Part shown: positions 10,379-21,700 of the stretch, piece after piece
How the letters are laid out: every line of letters begins with the position of its first letter
Numbering within the stretch: the stretch's first letter is position 1
NCBI GenBank assembly: GCA_030167865.1
Contig: JALAGF010004161.1
Coordinates: 1 to 64,000 of the forward strand
Source: Craspedostauros australis
Lineage: Eukaryota
DNA: 64,000 nt
Direction: 5' to 3'
Notes under the pieces: generated by a model
What the model was told of the DNA's origin: nothing
What the model saw: only the letters and a program-made list of their open reading frames with translations
Database searches by the model: none
Translations under genes and position numbers: made by a program

Positions 10379-12568
10379 ATGGCACCTAGCGCAGTACATG
10401 CAGAGCAGGTCTGGGAGGAGCACCCTCGGAGATCACAGAGCAAGCAGCCGCTGAATGCCAACAGCACATCAGGCAACATCATGTCGACGCTTCCGGAGTG
10501 GTCAGTGCAGTCGGACACCGGCAGCGGCAGCACCAACGCAGGTGCTTGCTGCGGCATCGCTGCTGGGCGAACCACGGAGGGACAGGAGCAGCTGGTGGCG
10601 CCGTGGGTGGATTGGGTGGAGGGAGGCATCGAGTTCTTCGGCTGCGATGGCCGGAGTCGCAAGGACATCCTGGGGAGGACGCTGACTCTGTCGCATCGCA
10701 TGGCTGGCACCACTTCGCAGCACTCAAGCCAGTCATCCACAGCGCCCGTGGACCATGCCCAGCTGCACGACAACTTCATCGAGGGCCTCTTCCAGGAACA
10801 GTGGTCCAAGAGGATGGACTCCAACACCAACAGCGCCTTGATCATCCGCGACAAAGACGACGACGATGACGATTCATCCGTGCCTCTCAACAGAGTTGAA
10901 TCTGCGGGCACGGAGCCATCTCACGCGACCTCCAACGGATCGTGGGACTCGTCCTCCGTCTCATCAGCGCCCATGCCCACAACGCCGCACAGCAAGCGGA
11001 GGATACCTCTCAAGTTCAAGAAGGCGACGACGGGCAAGATCCACTCGCGCGTGGCACCCCTCGACGCCTACCAGAGACAGTACGGTTCCAAGCCCCCAGT
11101 GTCATCATCCAGCAAGCCCAGGCTGCCACCCAGACCGCCAACCGCCACGTTTGAGATGGCATCGCTGCCCCAGGCCGCGCCTGCTGCCGACATGGCCAAG
11201 CTGGTGGAGGAGATGGTGCACTCGGAGTGCAAGATCCAGAAGGACAAGGGCAAGGGTGAGCCGGTGGGGACCAGCATCAGCGCGGACGGCAGGGCGAACT
11301 GCCTGTCGAAGCTCAGGGAGAAGATCCGGCTGCTCGTGCAGGTTGCGCTGGATGGACCGAGCAGCCTCGCCTCGGACTCCAGCTCGGAATCAAACCCCAA
11401 GCCTGCGCCATCCAGACGCAAGGGCAAGAGGGGTGTCGGAGCAGCAGCGATGAAGCGCCGACCGGCCAAGGTCTCCGAAGAGAATCCGCTGTACACGGAG
11501 ACAAGATCGATGATCGAGCTGCGCTTGGGCTTTGTGTCGATGCAGTACGGACTTCTGCTGCGGTGGGACAGGACGCAGAAGATAGTCTTCGTCGTGCTGC
11601 GCAAGATGTGCCATGACTCCTTCTACAAGAAGATCAAGGCGCCCGTTCGCGGCAATTCCAGCACGGGTGGCAGCGCGGCCTCGGAAAACGGACCGCAGCA
11701 TGACACGCCAGACGCCAACAAGGCCATGGAACCACCACCGTTGGTCGTGCGCAACATGGTGGGCGAGCAGGCCATCTACCAGCGCATCCACGGCACCGAG
11801 GTCGTCCTCGTCGACGTGCCGTACAGAATACCGCAGCCGCAGGCGTTCGAGCCATCCATTCTCTCCGTGCAGGTCAAGCAGGTGGAAGGCCTGACGCAGC
11901 GACAGCGGTGGACGATCGCCCTCACCTTCGACGGTCACACCGAGGTCACCGAGCTCATGTGGAAGCAGGGCCGCTTCGTCCCGCGCCGCGTCGAGACCAT
12001 GGAGTGGGAGATCGCGCCCATGACGTCCTTCGACCTCGCCGGTCTTGAGATCCGCATCTTCGAGCAGGTCTCCGTCCTCAAGCGCCGCAAGGTTAAGGGC
12101 AAGTCAGCGCAGTCCAAGCTCAAGTCGAGGTTCGGCGCCACGCTCAAGTCGTCCAACCGCACGAACAGCAACGTCATCGATCCCAAGGACAAGGAGAACA
12201 GATGGCTATCTTCGTCGCGGGTCTTCTCCAACCTCACCATGCCGCTCGGCGGTCTTGTGGCCCAACCATCCACGGCCCAAGCAACGAGCTGGGAGCTGAC
12301 GATACCGGCCAACGACAACGTCTCCATCACCATGTCCCTGGTGCACCAATCGGACTACGCCCACTGGCTGTACAAGGAGCTGGACGCCAGGCGCCAGGAG
12401 GAGGTCACCACCTACGTAAGAAGAAAGCCCTTCCGCAGGACGCGCGTCCGCGATGTTAACGAGGACTGCGACGAAGACTACGACGACATGTGGGACTGGC
12501 TGTGCGGGTTCTGCACCGGCGACGACTCGGAAGAACCGATGGAGCACGCCCAGAGACCACTGCAATGA
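10379..12568 (+). CDS. Hypothetical protein with disordered N-terminus and globular, possibly C2-like beta-rich C-terminal region
   Basis: Long ORF with strong GC3 codon bias. First plausible ATG (MAPSAV) follows a CA-rich leader. No family recognised. Confidence 0.75.
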   Translation: MAPSAVHAEQVWEEHPRRSQSKQPLNANSTSGNIMSTLPEWSVQSDTGSGSTNAGACCGIAAGRTTEGQEQLVAPWVDWVEGGIEFFGCDGRSRKDILGRTLTLSHRMAGTTSQHSSQSSTAPVDHAQLHDNFIEGLFQEQWSKRMDSNTNSALIIRDKDDDDDDSSVPLNRVESAGTEPSHATSNGSWDSSSVSSAPMPTTPHSKRRIPLKFKKATTGKIHSRVAPLDAYQRQYGSKPPVSSSSKPRLPPRPPTATFEMASLPQAAPAADMAKLVEEMVHSECKIQKDKGKGEPVGTSISADGRANCLSKLREKIRLLVQVALDGPSSLASDSSSESNPKPAPSRRKGKRGVGAAAMKRRPAKVSEENPLYTETRSMIELRLGFVSMQYGLLLRWDRTQKIVFVVLRKMCHDSFYKKIKAPVRGNSSTGGSAASENGPQHDTPDANKAMEPPPLVVRNMVGEQAIYQRIHGTEVVLVDVPYRIPQPQAFEPSILSVQVKQVEGLTQRQRWTIALTFDGHTEVTELMWKQGRFVPRRVETMEWEIAPMTSFDLAGLEIRIFEQVSVLKRRKVKGKSAQSKLKSRFGATLKSSNRTNSNVIDPKDKENRWLSSSRVFSNLTMPLGGLVAQPSTAQATSWELTIPANDNVSITMSLVHQSDYAHWLYKELDARRQEEVTTYVRRKPFRRTRVRDVNEDCDEDYDDMWDWLCGFCTGDDSEEPMEHAQRPLQ

Positions 12569-12687
12569 GCCCGACGCGATGAAAAAGTGCAATTTGAATG
12601 AATCGATGCACCTTTCATCTTTGAGGCACGAACACACCATAATAGTACAATGACTAGAGAGAATTATCCGATTATGGAAATGCAATG

Positions 12688-13266
12688 CTAAGAGGACGGT
12701 GCAACGCCGACAACTATCATATCCATGGATGTGGTTGCATCCTGTGACACCTCGATTGAATGCCGCGTTCCAGGTGGAACAGCAACGAACGTTCCCGGCG
12801 TAGCCACGGTGGTGGTCGTTGCGCCTATTCGTGGAGTCGTCGCAATGGTCGCGTTGCCGCTCAGCACGTAAAAGAACTCCCACATATCACGATGCGCGTG
12901 CGACGTCACCTCCTGGCTAGGGTCGATCGTTGCGATGCTCCAACCTGCGATCGTCGGAACCTGCCACGGTTCCAGCAGTTGGCGTTTCAGGATGTGCCGT
13001 TGCGTCTTTGTGTCCAGATGCGATGTGGATCGCGATGGTACGTCCTGCAGCCGTTTCACGACGACGACGTCAGCGGCGTCATGGTGAATGACAAGGAAAT
13101 GGGATGTGCAAATGCCGAGCAGGTAGGCTGCGGCGAGCGACTTCCAGTCGCAGCGATACTGTCGTCGTGCTGGTGTGAAGATCCTCATGGGTGTTGCATG
13201 AGTGAGATGATCTTGATACAGCGAGTCATGAGTTGTTTCTCTGTGCAAGATTGTAACATGAGACAT
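12688..13266 (-). CDS. Cupin-domain protein
   Basis: Cupin motif 1 HAHRDMWEFFYVLSG and motif 2 GTFVAVPPGTRHSI. Has a hydrophobic N-terminal segment; start codon uncertain. Confidence 0.8.
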   Translation of the reverse strand: MSHVTILHRETTHDSLYQDHLTHATPMRIFTPARRQYRCDWKSLAAAYLLGICTSHFLVIHHDAADVVVVKRLQDVPSRSTSHLDTKTQRHILKRQLLEPWQVPTIAGWSIATIDPSQEVTSHAHRDMWEFFYVLSGNATIATTPRIGATTTTVATPGTFVAVPPGTRHSIEVSQDATTSMDMIVVGVAPSS

Positions 13267-13498
13267 TCCCGTGCTTGTTCCCGCGAACAGGATCGATCAG
13301 AATCCCCAAACGCGAAGGCGCCCACATCGCCACCAAATACAACACAGAAAACACAAAGAACGAATGAACGACAACACTCGCCAGCTGTCTGATCACAACA
13401 CGCTCACAAATTCAACAACCGCACAACAACAACAGCAGCAATCACATCCTCTTACGAATCGAGCTAAGATCCATCACCATCATCTTCCACCCCCAAAA

Positions 13499-13502
<4 letters not shown>

Positions 13503-13539
<37 letters not shown>
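13503..13539. repeat. (CA)n microsatellite immediately upstream of small ORF copy 1
   Basis: Direct reading of the sequence. Confidence 0.95.
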
Positions 13540-13542
<3 letters not shown>

Positions 13543-13548
13543 ATAACC

Positions 13549-13872
13549 ATGCCTCTTACCACCCAATCCCAATCTCAGACGCAATCTCTGCTGCACTTTC
13601 AGTCGCAATCGCAGCTGCAGCTCACGACGGACACAACAAAGAGAATGCAGATCCGCACCAGATCCAGACAACGCGCCGTCACGTTGCAGCCTGGAACAGC
13701 CGGCCACATGGCCTTCTTTAGTGACGACGATTCCTTCCGAGCATCCTTCGACCAGGCAGCAGAACACGAGAAGATCCTCAGCCAGAGAAGGCGACGATCC
13801 AGGATGCGCCAAGGCCCCACCAGCTCCGGCAAGGTCGGAAGGCCTCTCTTTGCTCCACTCGAAGCAATTTAG
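13549..13872 (+). CDS. Small unknown protein, paralog 1 of 3 (107 aa)
   Basis: Shares TLQPGT..H.AFF.DDDS.RASFDQ.AE.EK and GRPL.AP with the two downstream ORFs; start and stop positions are homologous. Confidence 0.7.
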   Translation: MPLTTQSQSQTQSLLHFQSQSQLQLTTDTTKRMQIRTRSRQRAVTLQPGTAGHMAFFSDDDSFRASFDQAAEHEKILSQRRRRSRMRQGPTSSGKVGRPLFAPLEAI

Positions 13873-14903
13873 AGTGGGCACGCACACGCGCATGGCGCAG
13901 GACTCGTTCACAAGACACACACACAATTGTGCAAGACGCAGCGTCAAACAGATGACAACATGAACGAGTCTGATTTTGAATACCGCACGCAGAGATCACG
14001 AACAGCCAGGGGCGGTTTGCAGCAACTATTATATGATCGTTGCTCTGCATACCGTAGCCCACCTGAGAATACCAAAGGTTCAATTGACTGAACACCATCG
14101 CCATCACGCCAAAAGTGACACGAAACAGAAAGAAACAATGACAAGAAACGCAAGACTACACAGCATAGAATGCAGCTAGAAAAATAACAGAGATAGACAT
14201 ATAATTCAATGACAAGCAACTCCTATTGCCAGTCGTACATGCATTGCGGCATCGTTGCCTGTCGAGTATGCCGAGCATGGCGTCGGTTCCTGTCGCATCG
14301 TTCCGCAATGCTCGTACGAGTACAAAGCTCAGCAGGGCAAGATACCCTTCAAGCTGCCCTTTGGGGAGGATTCTGCCAGGACGATTCGTTGCCAGTATGT
14401 GTTGCAGGAAGATATCTTAGCTCCACTCTTGAATCCTATCATATCACAGGAAGAGGCTGCAGTGCAATGCAGCGTATTCTACATGGAGTAGTACAGATTG
14501 GAAGTGAGGTCCACGGAACGTCGTTGTCTCTCTGATGGAACGCAACATCGCGCAGTGCAATCCGTGTGGTGATCCGTGGCGATCCGAAGCGATCCAACGC
14601 GACACGAATGGGACATCTCTGTGCGGGATTGCAACAAGCGACATTTTATTTTTGTTCGCTGTGTGTTGTTTGTGAACATCCTCGATCAGAAACGAAGCTC
14701 CAACCGCCACCAGAACGCCCCCTTCCAAACCCACGACACAACGCAACACATCAACCCCCCACCAACCCACTCCAGATCACGACGCTCTCACAAATTCGAC
14801 AACTTCACAACAGGAACATCAACAACAGCATCCTCTCACAAATTGTGTTCATTTCACAACACTCACACCTCCCACAGCAACGACAACAACCAAATACACA
14901 CAG

Positions 14904-14943
<40 letters not shown>

Positions 14944-15027
14944 CACAACCACAACCACAACCACAACCACAACCACAACCACAACCACAACCACAACCAC
15001 AACCACAACCACAACCACAACCACAAC
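14904..15027. repeat. Compound hexamer microsatellite (ACAACG)n(ACAACC)n
   Basis: Direct reading; ends 4 nt before the ATG of paralog 2. Confidence 0.95.
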
Positions 15028-15031
15028 AATC

Positions 15032-15376
15032 ATGTCTCCTCTCGCCATTCAATCCCAGACGCGTTCGCAATCTGACTCGCACCTCGAAGTCGACAACACG
15101 TCAACAACACAGCGACGCAATAGACACCGACACCGCAACATCACATTGCAACCAGGAACGACTATGCATCAGGCATTCTTCGGCGACGACGACTCCTTCC
15201 GAGCATCCTTCGATCAGGAAGCGGAATGCGAGAAGTTCTGCAACCAGGGAAGACGGCGATACAGAGTGCGCCAAGATTCCTCGAGTTCCACCTCGAGCTC
15301 CATCTCCTCATCGAGCTCCACATCGAGATCCGTCAAAGCCGGCAGACCTCTGGTTGCTCCATTCGGAGAGTTCTAG
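15032..15376 (+). CDS. Small unknown protein, paralog 2 of 3 (114 aa)
   Basis: MSPLAIQSQ...PFGEF, near-identical to 16391-16735. Confidence 0.72.
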   Translation: MSPLAIQSQTRSQSDSHLEVDNTSTTQRRNRHRHRNITLQPGTTMHQAFFGDDDSFRASFDQEAECEKFCNQGRRRYRVRQDSSSSTSSSISSSSSTSRSVKAGRPLVAPFGEF

Positions 15377-16390
15377 AGAATGGGACACAGGCATGAGCGC
15401 ATCCACACATATCGCCAGCGTATCGGATATCGGTACGCATAGACACATCCAATAGAATACACCAAGATCGGCGCCGTCAGAATTGAACAGGTGACGACAC
15501 CAGCGAGTCTGATTTCGAAACGAGCCCAACAAGCGCGGGCACAAACACAAACAGGCAGCGACAAACATGGGTCGCTGGCCTGGAGCAATTGATTGAACAT
15601 CATCACACCATCACCAAACGAAAAGCAACGAACGAAGAATAGAAGCAACACGACCACAATGCAATGCACACATTAAGAACAACAACGTAGATAGACAAAC
15701 ATCGACAATCGACACTTCTCTCGCAACTCTGTCACAGTAGCTCTTCTTGCATGTAGTCCATGGTGGTTCCTGTTGCGTCATTGAGCGAGGGGCTTCTTGA
15801 TCAGGTTCGTAGTCGTGCTCTCGTCGTTTGGTAAAGCAACAATGATTCATTCGTATTCGTGCGGTAGAAAGATCTTCTGCTCGTCACATGATATTCAATC
15901 ATGCGTGTAGTACGGTGCATTGCAGTGCATTTAGTCCAGCACGTTGCCGATGAAAGGTTCAGGGGCTGGCACACCTACACATCGCGATCTCTGTGGCGGA
16001 ATGAGATGCTGTCGGATGTGGCCCAAGGGCATCGGAGATGATCCAAAGCAATCGAAGACAATCCACATGGCGGGCGAACGCGACACCAATGGGACATTTC
16101 TCTGTGCAGGATTGAAGGGCGGGACATTTCGATTTTGTTCTGGTGTGCTCTCATGAACATGGTCGATCAGAAGCGAAACTCCAGTTGCAATCAACGCACC
16201 TTCTTTCAAACCCATGTCACAACACAATGCCCCTTCCACACACACACACGAGGGTGAAATGAACGATCCCATTCGCCAGTCCTCGTCACAACCCACTCAC
16301 AAATTCGACAACAGCACAACAGCAACCGCAACAGACATAACAATCAACAACGAAATACACACAGCAACCACAACGACAACCACAACAATC

Positions 16391-16735
16391 ATGTCTCCTC
16401 TCGCCATTCAATCCCAGACGCGTTCACAATCTGACTCGCACCTCGAAGTCAACAACATGTCAAGAACACAGCGACGCAATAGACTCCGACACCGCAACAT
16501 CACATTGCAGCCAGGAACGACTTTGCATCAGGCATTCTTCGGCGACGACGACTCCATCCGAGCATCCTTCGATCAGGAAGCAGAATGCGAGAAGTTCTGC
16601 AACCAGGGAAGACGGCGATACAGAGTGCGTCAAGATTCCTCGAGTTCCACCTCGAGCTCCATCTCCTCATCGAGCTCCACATCGAGATCCGCCAAGGCCG
16701 GCAGACCTCTGGTTGCTCCATTCGGAGAGTTTTAG
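16391..16735 (+). CDS. Small unknown protein, paralog 3 of 3 (114 aa)
   Basis: Same length as paralog 2 with few substitutions and no indels in the ORF, while the flanks are more diverged. Confidence 0.72.
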   Translation: MSPLAIQSQTRSQSDSHLEVNNMSRTQRRNRLRHRNITLQPGTTLHQAFFGDDDSIRASFDQEAECEKFCNQGRRRYRVRQDSSSSTSSSISSSSSTSRSAKAGRPLVAPFGEF

Positions 16736-17280
16736 GATGGGACACAAAGGTGGGCACGTAGACAAGCACGCATAGATACATCCATAGAACACGCAAAGAC
16801 AGCCACGTTTCCGTTCAGCCACAAAAAGCTCGAATTGAGCAGATGACAACACCAGCAAAGCTGATTTTGATCAGAATGCAACGAGCACAAACAGCCAGCG
16901 ACAAACGTGATCGCAGGTCGGCATGATCATGAATCCACAAATAGGAGATCAATCGACTGAGGAACAGCGCAAGGGCTCTCAAGTGACAAGACACGAATAG
17001 CAAAGCGAAGAAGCAATGCTCAACATTTAGAATACAATTGAAACTAAAACGGACATAGGCAAACAGTGAGAAAGCCACATGGCACTAGGTATGGCTATAC
17101 GATATGGCAACCCGTTTGTATGACAAGTATACAATGATGGTTCCTGTCGCATCAGTTTGAGGGAAGGAAAAGGAATATTCAAGTGTGGCACTACTGTATT
17201 ATATGAAAGCAAGGAAGTGAGTTGCATGGACCGCACACTGAATTGCATCGCGATGTAGATGGAATGAAACCTCGCTGCCG

Positions 17281-18066
17281 TTAAGATCGCGACGATACGA
17301 TCTTCTGGGCACCATTCTCTTTGAGGAATTCGCCCACATTTTCCAAGGAGGCTGCGTGGTCCTTCAATCCCTGCTTGAGCTTCTGATTCATTCGGATCTT
17401 GGCGCGGATCAGCGCATTGTCGATGCTGAAGGCACGCAGATCGACATCCTTCTCACACCCGACCGAATCATTCACAATGTACATGGCACGCTTCGATGGT
17501 CGGATGGATCGCGCATTGGATCGTTGCTTGGGCGGCGTGGGACCTGTGGGTGCGTCCAGTCGTCTCGTGCGCTTGGCATCGCCGGCCTTCTCCGCCTGCT
17601 CATCCAAGGCCGCAAAGAAGCACTGCCACGGCAGAACCTCCATCATCTGCTGATCGGCTCTGGCGGACAGCTCCTGCTGCTGTCGCAACGCATTGAAAGC
17701 GACGCGGTGTTCCTGATCATGCTGCTCCATCTTCTCCTGGTACGCCCGTTCCAGGTCCGCTGTACGCGATTCGATGAAATCGCGTTGATGCTTCATCTCC
17801 ACCTGCACCTTGTCCTGCTGCTCCTTGACGACATCGATGGCGCTCAGCAGCTTGTCGATGCGTGCCTTGCTTTTGCCCGTGCGATGCAGGATGCGCGGAT
17901 TGGCCAGCAGGAACTTCATCCACGCATCTTCCATCTCATCAATCATGCGCTCATCTTGCTGCGTCACCTGCATGTCCAAGTCTCGAGCCTGAACGCGGCC
18001 GGCATGCACGTAGGACGTGAGCGGAACATCGTCCAGCTTGGATTCACCAATCGCGGCGTTCGTCAT
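17281..18066 (-). CDS. Coiled-coil protein of unknown function; resembles the C-terminal domain of the neighbouring 18736-22131 protein
   Basis: ORF with heptad-rich E/Q/K helices and motifs FLLANPRIL and LRAFSIDNALIRA. Start uncertain (MTNAAIG chosen). Confidence 0.7.
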   Translation of the reverse strand: MTNAAIGESKLDDVPLTSYVHAGRVQARDLDMQVTQQDERMIDEMEDAWMKFLLANPRILHRTGKSKARIDKLLSAIDVVKEQQDKVQVEMKHQRDFIESRTADLERAYQEKMEQHDQEHRVAFNALRQQQELSARADQQMMEVLPWQCFFAALDEQAEKAGDAKRTRRLDAPTGPTPPKQRSNARSIRPSKRAMYIVNDSVGCEKDVDLRAFSIDNALIRAKIRMNQKLKQGLKDHAASLENVGEFLKENGAQKIVSSRS

Positions 18067-18735
18067 TGTTGCGTTTCTCGAACAAGAGGAGTGGTGCGCT
18101 TGGAGTATAGCAGGATTGGAGCAATTGCGGCCACGTCTCTTCATGAACTTGACAGAATGTAGTGTGGGTGTCAGCATGAGACTCATCGTGTTGCTGATGA
18201 GAGCGTCGGAGCCGCTGTACCACAGTGCAGGAGTGCACACACATGTTTTCTTCTTTCGCGTCTTGTCAAAACAGTCGCCAAATCGCCACCTCTTCACCTC
18301 TTCGCACACATTTGCCTCTATGAAATTTCTGTATCATAAAATCATTCAAGCATTAATATATTTGAATGTATGCATGCGCATGCCGGCCACGTGCAAGCCA
18401 GAAGAACTTCTCCTCAGCACAACTTGGTTGCCATTCCTGTTAGCTTCACTTTGGCATCAAATAACCCAAAATGAGCGCGACGAAGCTGATTGATCAAAGA
18501 CATGTTATAACACTGTCAGTCTCAACCTCTTGGTATTGGATATTAGACTCCATGCGAAGTGGCCTTTGGAGCAGTACAATATAATATAATATAATATAAT
18601 AGTTGCGACCAATGCAATGTATTTACAATTAATTACTTTACGAATACTACATCCTGTGCTCCTCTTCCTCATTCCTGCTCCTTCTCCATCTCGACGTTTC
18701 CTCATCATGCCGCACACACACATACTCGTTTCCTT

Positions 18736-21700
18736 CTACAACTCCACATCCATGCTCTCGGCGTACTTCTGTCGCAAATGGTCCATGCCTTGCGGGGTGA
18801 TGGTGCGCAGCTTCTGCGCCACCCACACATGCTTCTTGGCTGCCTTCATGGCAGGCTTCAGCTTCTTCTGCACGATGGCGGACTCCGCATTGAGGAAGGC
18901 ATTGTCGACCTGGGCCTTGCGCAATGCCTGTTCGCACTTGTCGTTGAACTGGACGGCATACAATGGTTGTTGGGAGATGGCATCCTTGAGGGACATCGGT
19001 TTGGGAGCATTGGGGTCTGCATCTGATTGCTTTCGTCGACGACTGCCACTGCTTCTACTGCTGATGCTGCTGCTACTGATATTGCCATTGCTCGCAGTGC
19101 TGTTGCTGCTACTGTTGCTGCTGCTGTTGTTGGATGACTTCTTGTCACCATCTTCCAGCAGCTCATCTGGGATGGCGCGCATCAAGGCACCGAAGTCACC
19201 ATTTGCCAACGGCGCCTCCAAGCTCTGCTTCAGCGTTGCGCGGATCTTTTCCTGCTGCTCCGTCATGCTCACGAGCTCCCACACCATGCGCGCCCGCGTG
19301 GTCGTCGCGTTGCTCTGGAAGGTATGGAGATTGCGTTGCTGCGTGATCTCAGAGGCTGCCTTGCGCTGGCTGGCTTCCCGCAGCTCGGCCATCAGCTTCT
19401 TCTGATCCTCTGCCTTGGCCTTCTGGGCACGTTGGAGCTCATCTTCATAGTGAGCCGCCAGCAGCTCGTTGTATTCGAAGAGCTTCTGCAACTTGGCCAC
19501 TCTCATGTTGTGGACAAGGTCAGGATTACCGATGAGGAACCGCGGATTTTGGCCGATGAATTCGTTGAACACCGCATCGTAAAGCTCCACGAACTCCATG
19601 TCGATCTCCTCTTTCTCCTGACCGGCAGCTTTCAGTTCTGCTGGCGTTACCTGTGTTACCCGCCGTTGCATATCGCCTGTCTGCTCTCCTGTCGTCACCG
19701 TGGCGGCGGCAGCATCGGATGGCAGCCGCGATGCAGCAGCCTCTTTTTCTTCGCCTTCATCCTGGCTACCGAGACCGTTGAGAGCAAACGTGAATTTCTG
19801 AGGCTTTCTCATTGCGTCGGCCTTGCGACTCTCACGGTTGCTGTCATTCAAGTCGATATTGCGATTCGTGTGCTGCGGTGTTGGGTCCTCGCCATTGACG
19901 GAGTTGGCGTGGACCGTGGCAGGCTTGGTGTTCAATGTCAGCATGTTGGAGTAATGGTTGAACAGCTGCGTCGTCAGGCGGTTCGTCTGATCCTCTGGAT
20001 CTCGGGGTGTGCGCTGCTGTGGTCGAGACGTTGAGGCTGATGTGGATGTTGCAGCAGCCCTGGTGGAAGTCTTCGATCGCTTTCTCTTGCTTTCTGCTTG
20101 GCGCGCTGCGACCAATTCATGCAGGCTCATGCGTTGATACTTACCCATGCCAACCCTGCTTCTCTGGCCGCCGGGATCCTTCCTTCCTCGAGTCATTATC
20201 GTACCTGTTGTTGCCTGCGACACACTTTGAGAGGCGGAGTGCAGAATCTGCCCCGGCGATTCAGCCTGTTTCCTTCTCAGACTTTGCTGAGGATCTGGCG
20301 CCGATGGCGATGTTTGCATCCCATCAGCAGCGTCTGTTCGGGACATCATATTTGCAGAAGAACGGTTGTTGGACTGGGTCGATTCATTGATATCTCGTCC
20401 ATCGGCGGTTGTCTCTGTCTGCGCCGGCATCTGACTTTTCTGCTGCTGCTGCTGCTGCTCCCTCTGCGAACGCGGATTCAGTTCCTGGTCTTCCATAATG
20501 GTGGTGGTCTCGCGTGGCAACATGGCCGAATTGGTGGATTGCGCCGCTGCTGCAGCCTGACGCAAACGGCTCTGTTCCAATGCCTGCTCATGCTGCAACC
20601 TTTGTTGCATGAGAAGTTGCTGCACGCCCCGATTGAATGCCTGGACGGATGACTCATTCTCGGACACCTCGGTCGCGCACGTGTCCAAAATCTTCCACAA
20701 CGCCACCGACTTTTGGCTTATGTTCGTCATGACGCTTTGTCCGCCGTTCACCACGCTTTGGTTGCAACCATGCATGGTCGATGCATCATCGTTGATGGCG
20801 TCATCATCGTTGTGGTTGCTGCGGGCGTTGCAATCTCCAGAGAGATTCATCATACCGATCAGCCTCACAGAGGCATCCGCGATCGTAGCATCGTCAACGT
20901 CCATTCCAGTGTGGGCCGCCTGCAGTATTTGCATCACAGCCTGAGAAGCATCCGTGACGCTGATACCATCCTCAATCATGAAAGACTGTGCGAAGGGAAC
21001 AGAATCCTGAATGTCCGCTTCTCTGCCCGCGGACCCGTCATCCTCTTCCTGATTTCGGCTCTGACTTTGGCGTTGCTGAGAATCGAGGATGACCTGAGAC
21101 ACGGCGGATGCCGTTTCCAAAAATCCAATCGCAGTCGTCATGTCACCCTCTTCGCAATCGTCGCGCACTTGCCTCATCACGTCAGCAGGCGCCGTATCTT
21201 CTGCGCCGTCGTTGTCAACCGCAGCATATGTCGCGTCATCTTCATAGTTCGCAGTGGCCGCCTGTCGCAGAACCGAAAAGACCGCGGCGGATGTCTCCAT
21301 GAGACTCAGGACGGAATCATGGTCGCTGAAGAGTTCCGGTGCGCCATGAGACAGCACGTGATCGCCATCGCCCGTGAAGGGAGTTCCTGCAATGGGTTCT
21401 TCTTCTTCCTTCTTTTCCTCTCCTTTCACTGCGTACGCTTTCTCGTTCGTGCGCGTCTGGCCTGGTGCATGCGCGAAGACCTCAAAACCGTAGGCTGAAT
21501 CTGCATGATTGAACTCCGCGCGATCGTAGTCGTATTGCACGCCGTTGGAAGAAGATGTCGGCGCAGGCATCGGTCCGTCCTTCTGATCAGTTGGCGACAT
21601 GGCCAACGCGCTGATCTTCTCCTCGATCGTCATGGGCTGTGCAATGATGTTGCCGGCGTTGATCTTGTTGTTGACAACGACCGTTCCAGCAGCCGTGGTG

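Noticed and set aside
14904-15027. Hexamer array as a possible interstitial telomere or CRISPR-like array
   Set aside because: The unit (GGTTGT on the minus strand) is not TTAGGG and there are no unique spacers; it is a simple microsatellite.
14805-15082. Minus-strand ORFs encoding poly-(LW), poly-(CG) and poly-V
   Set aside because: Translation artefacts of the hexamer microsatellite.
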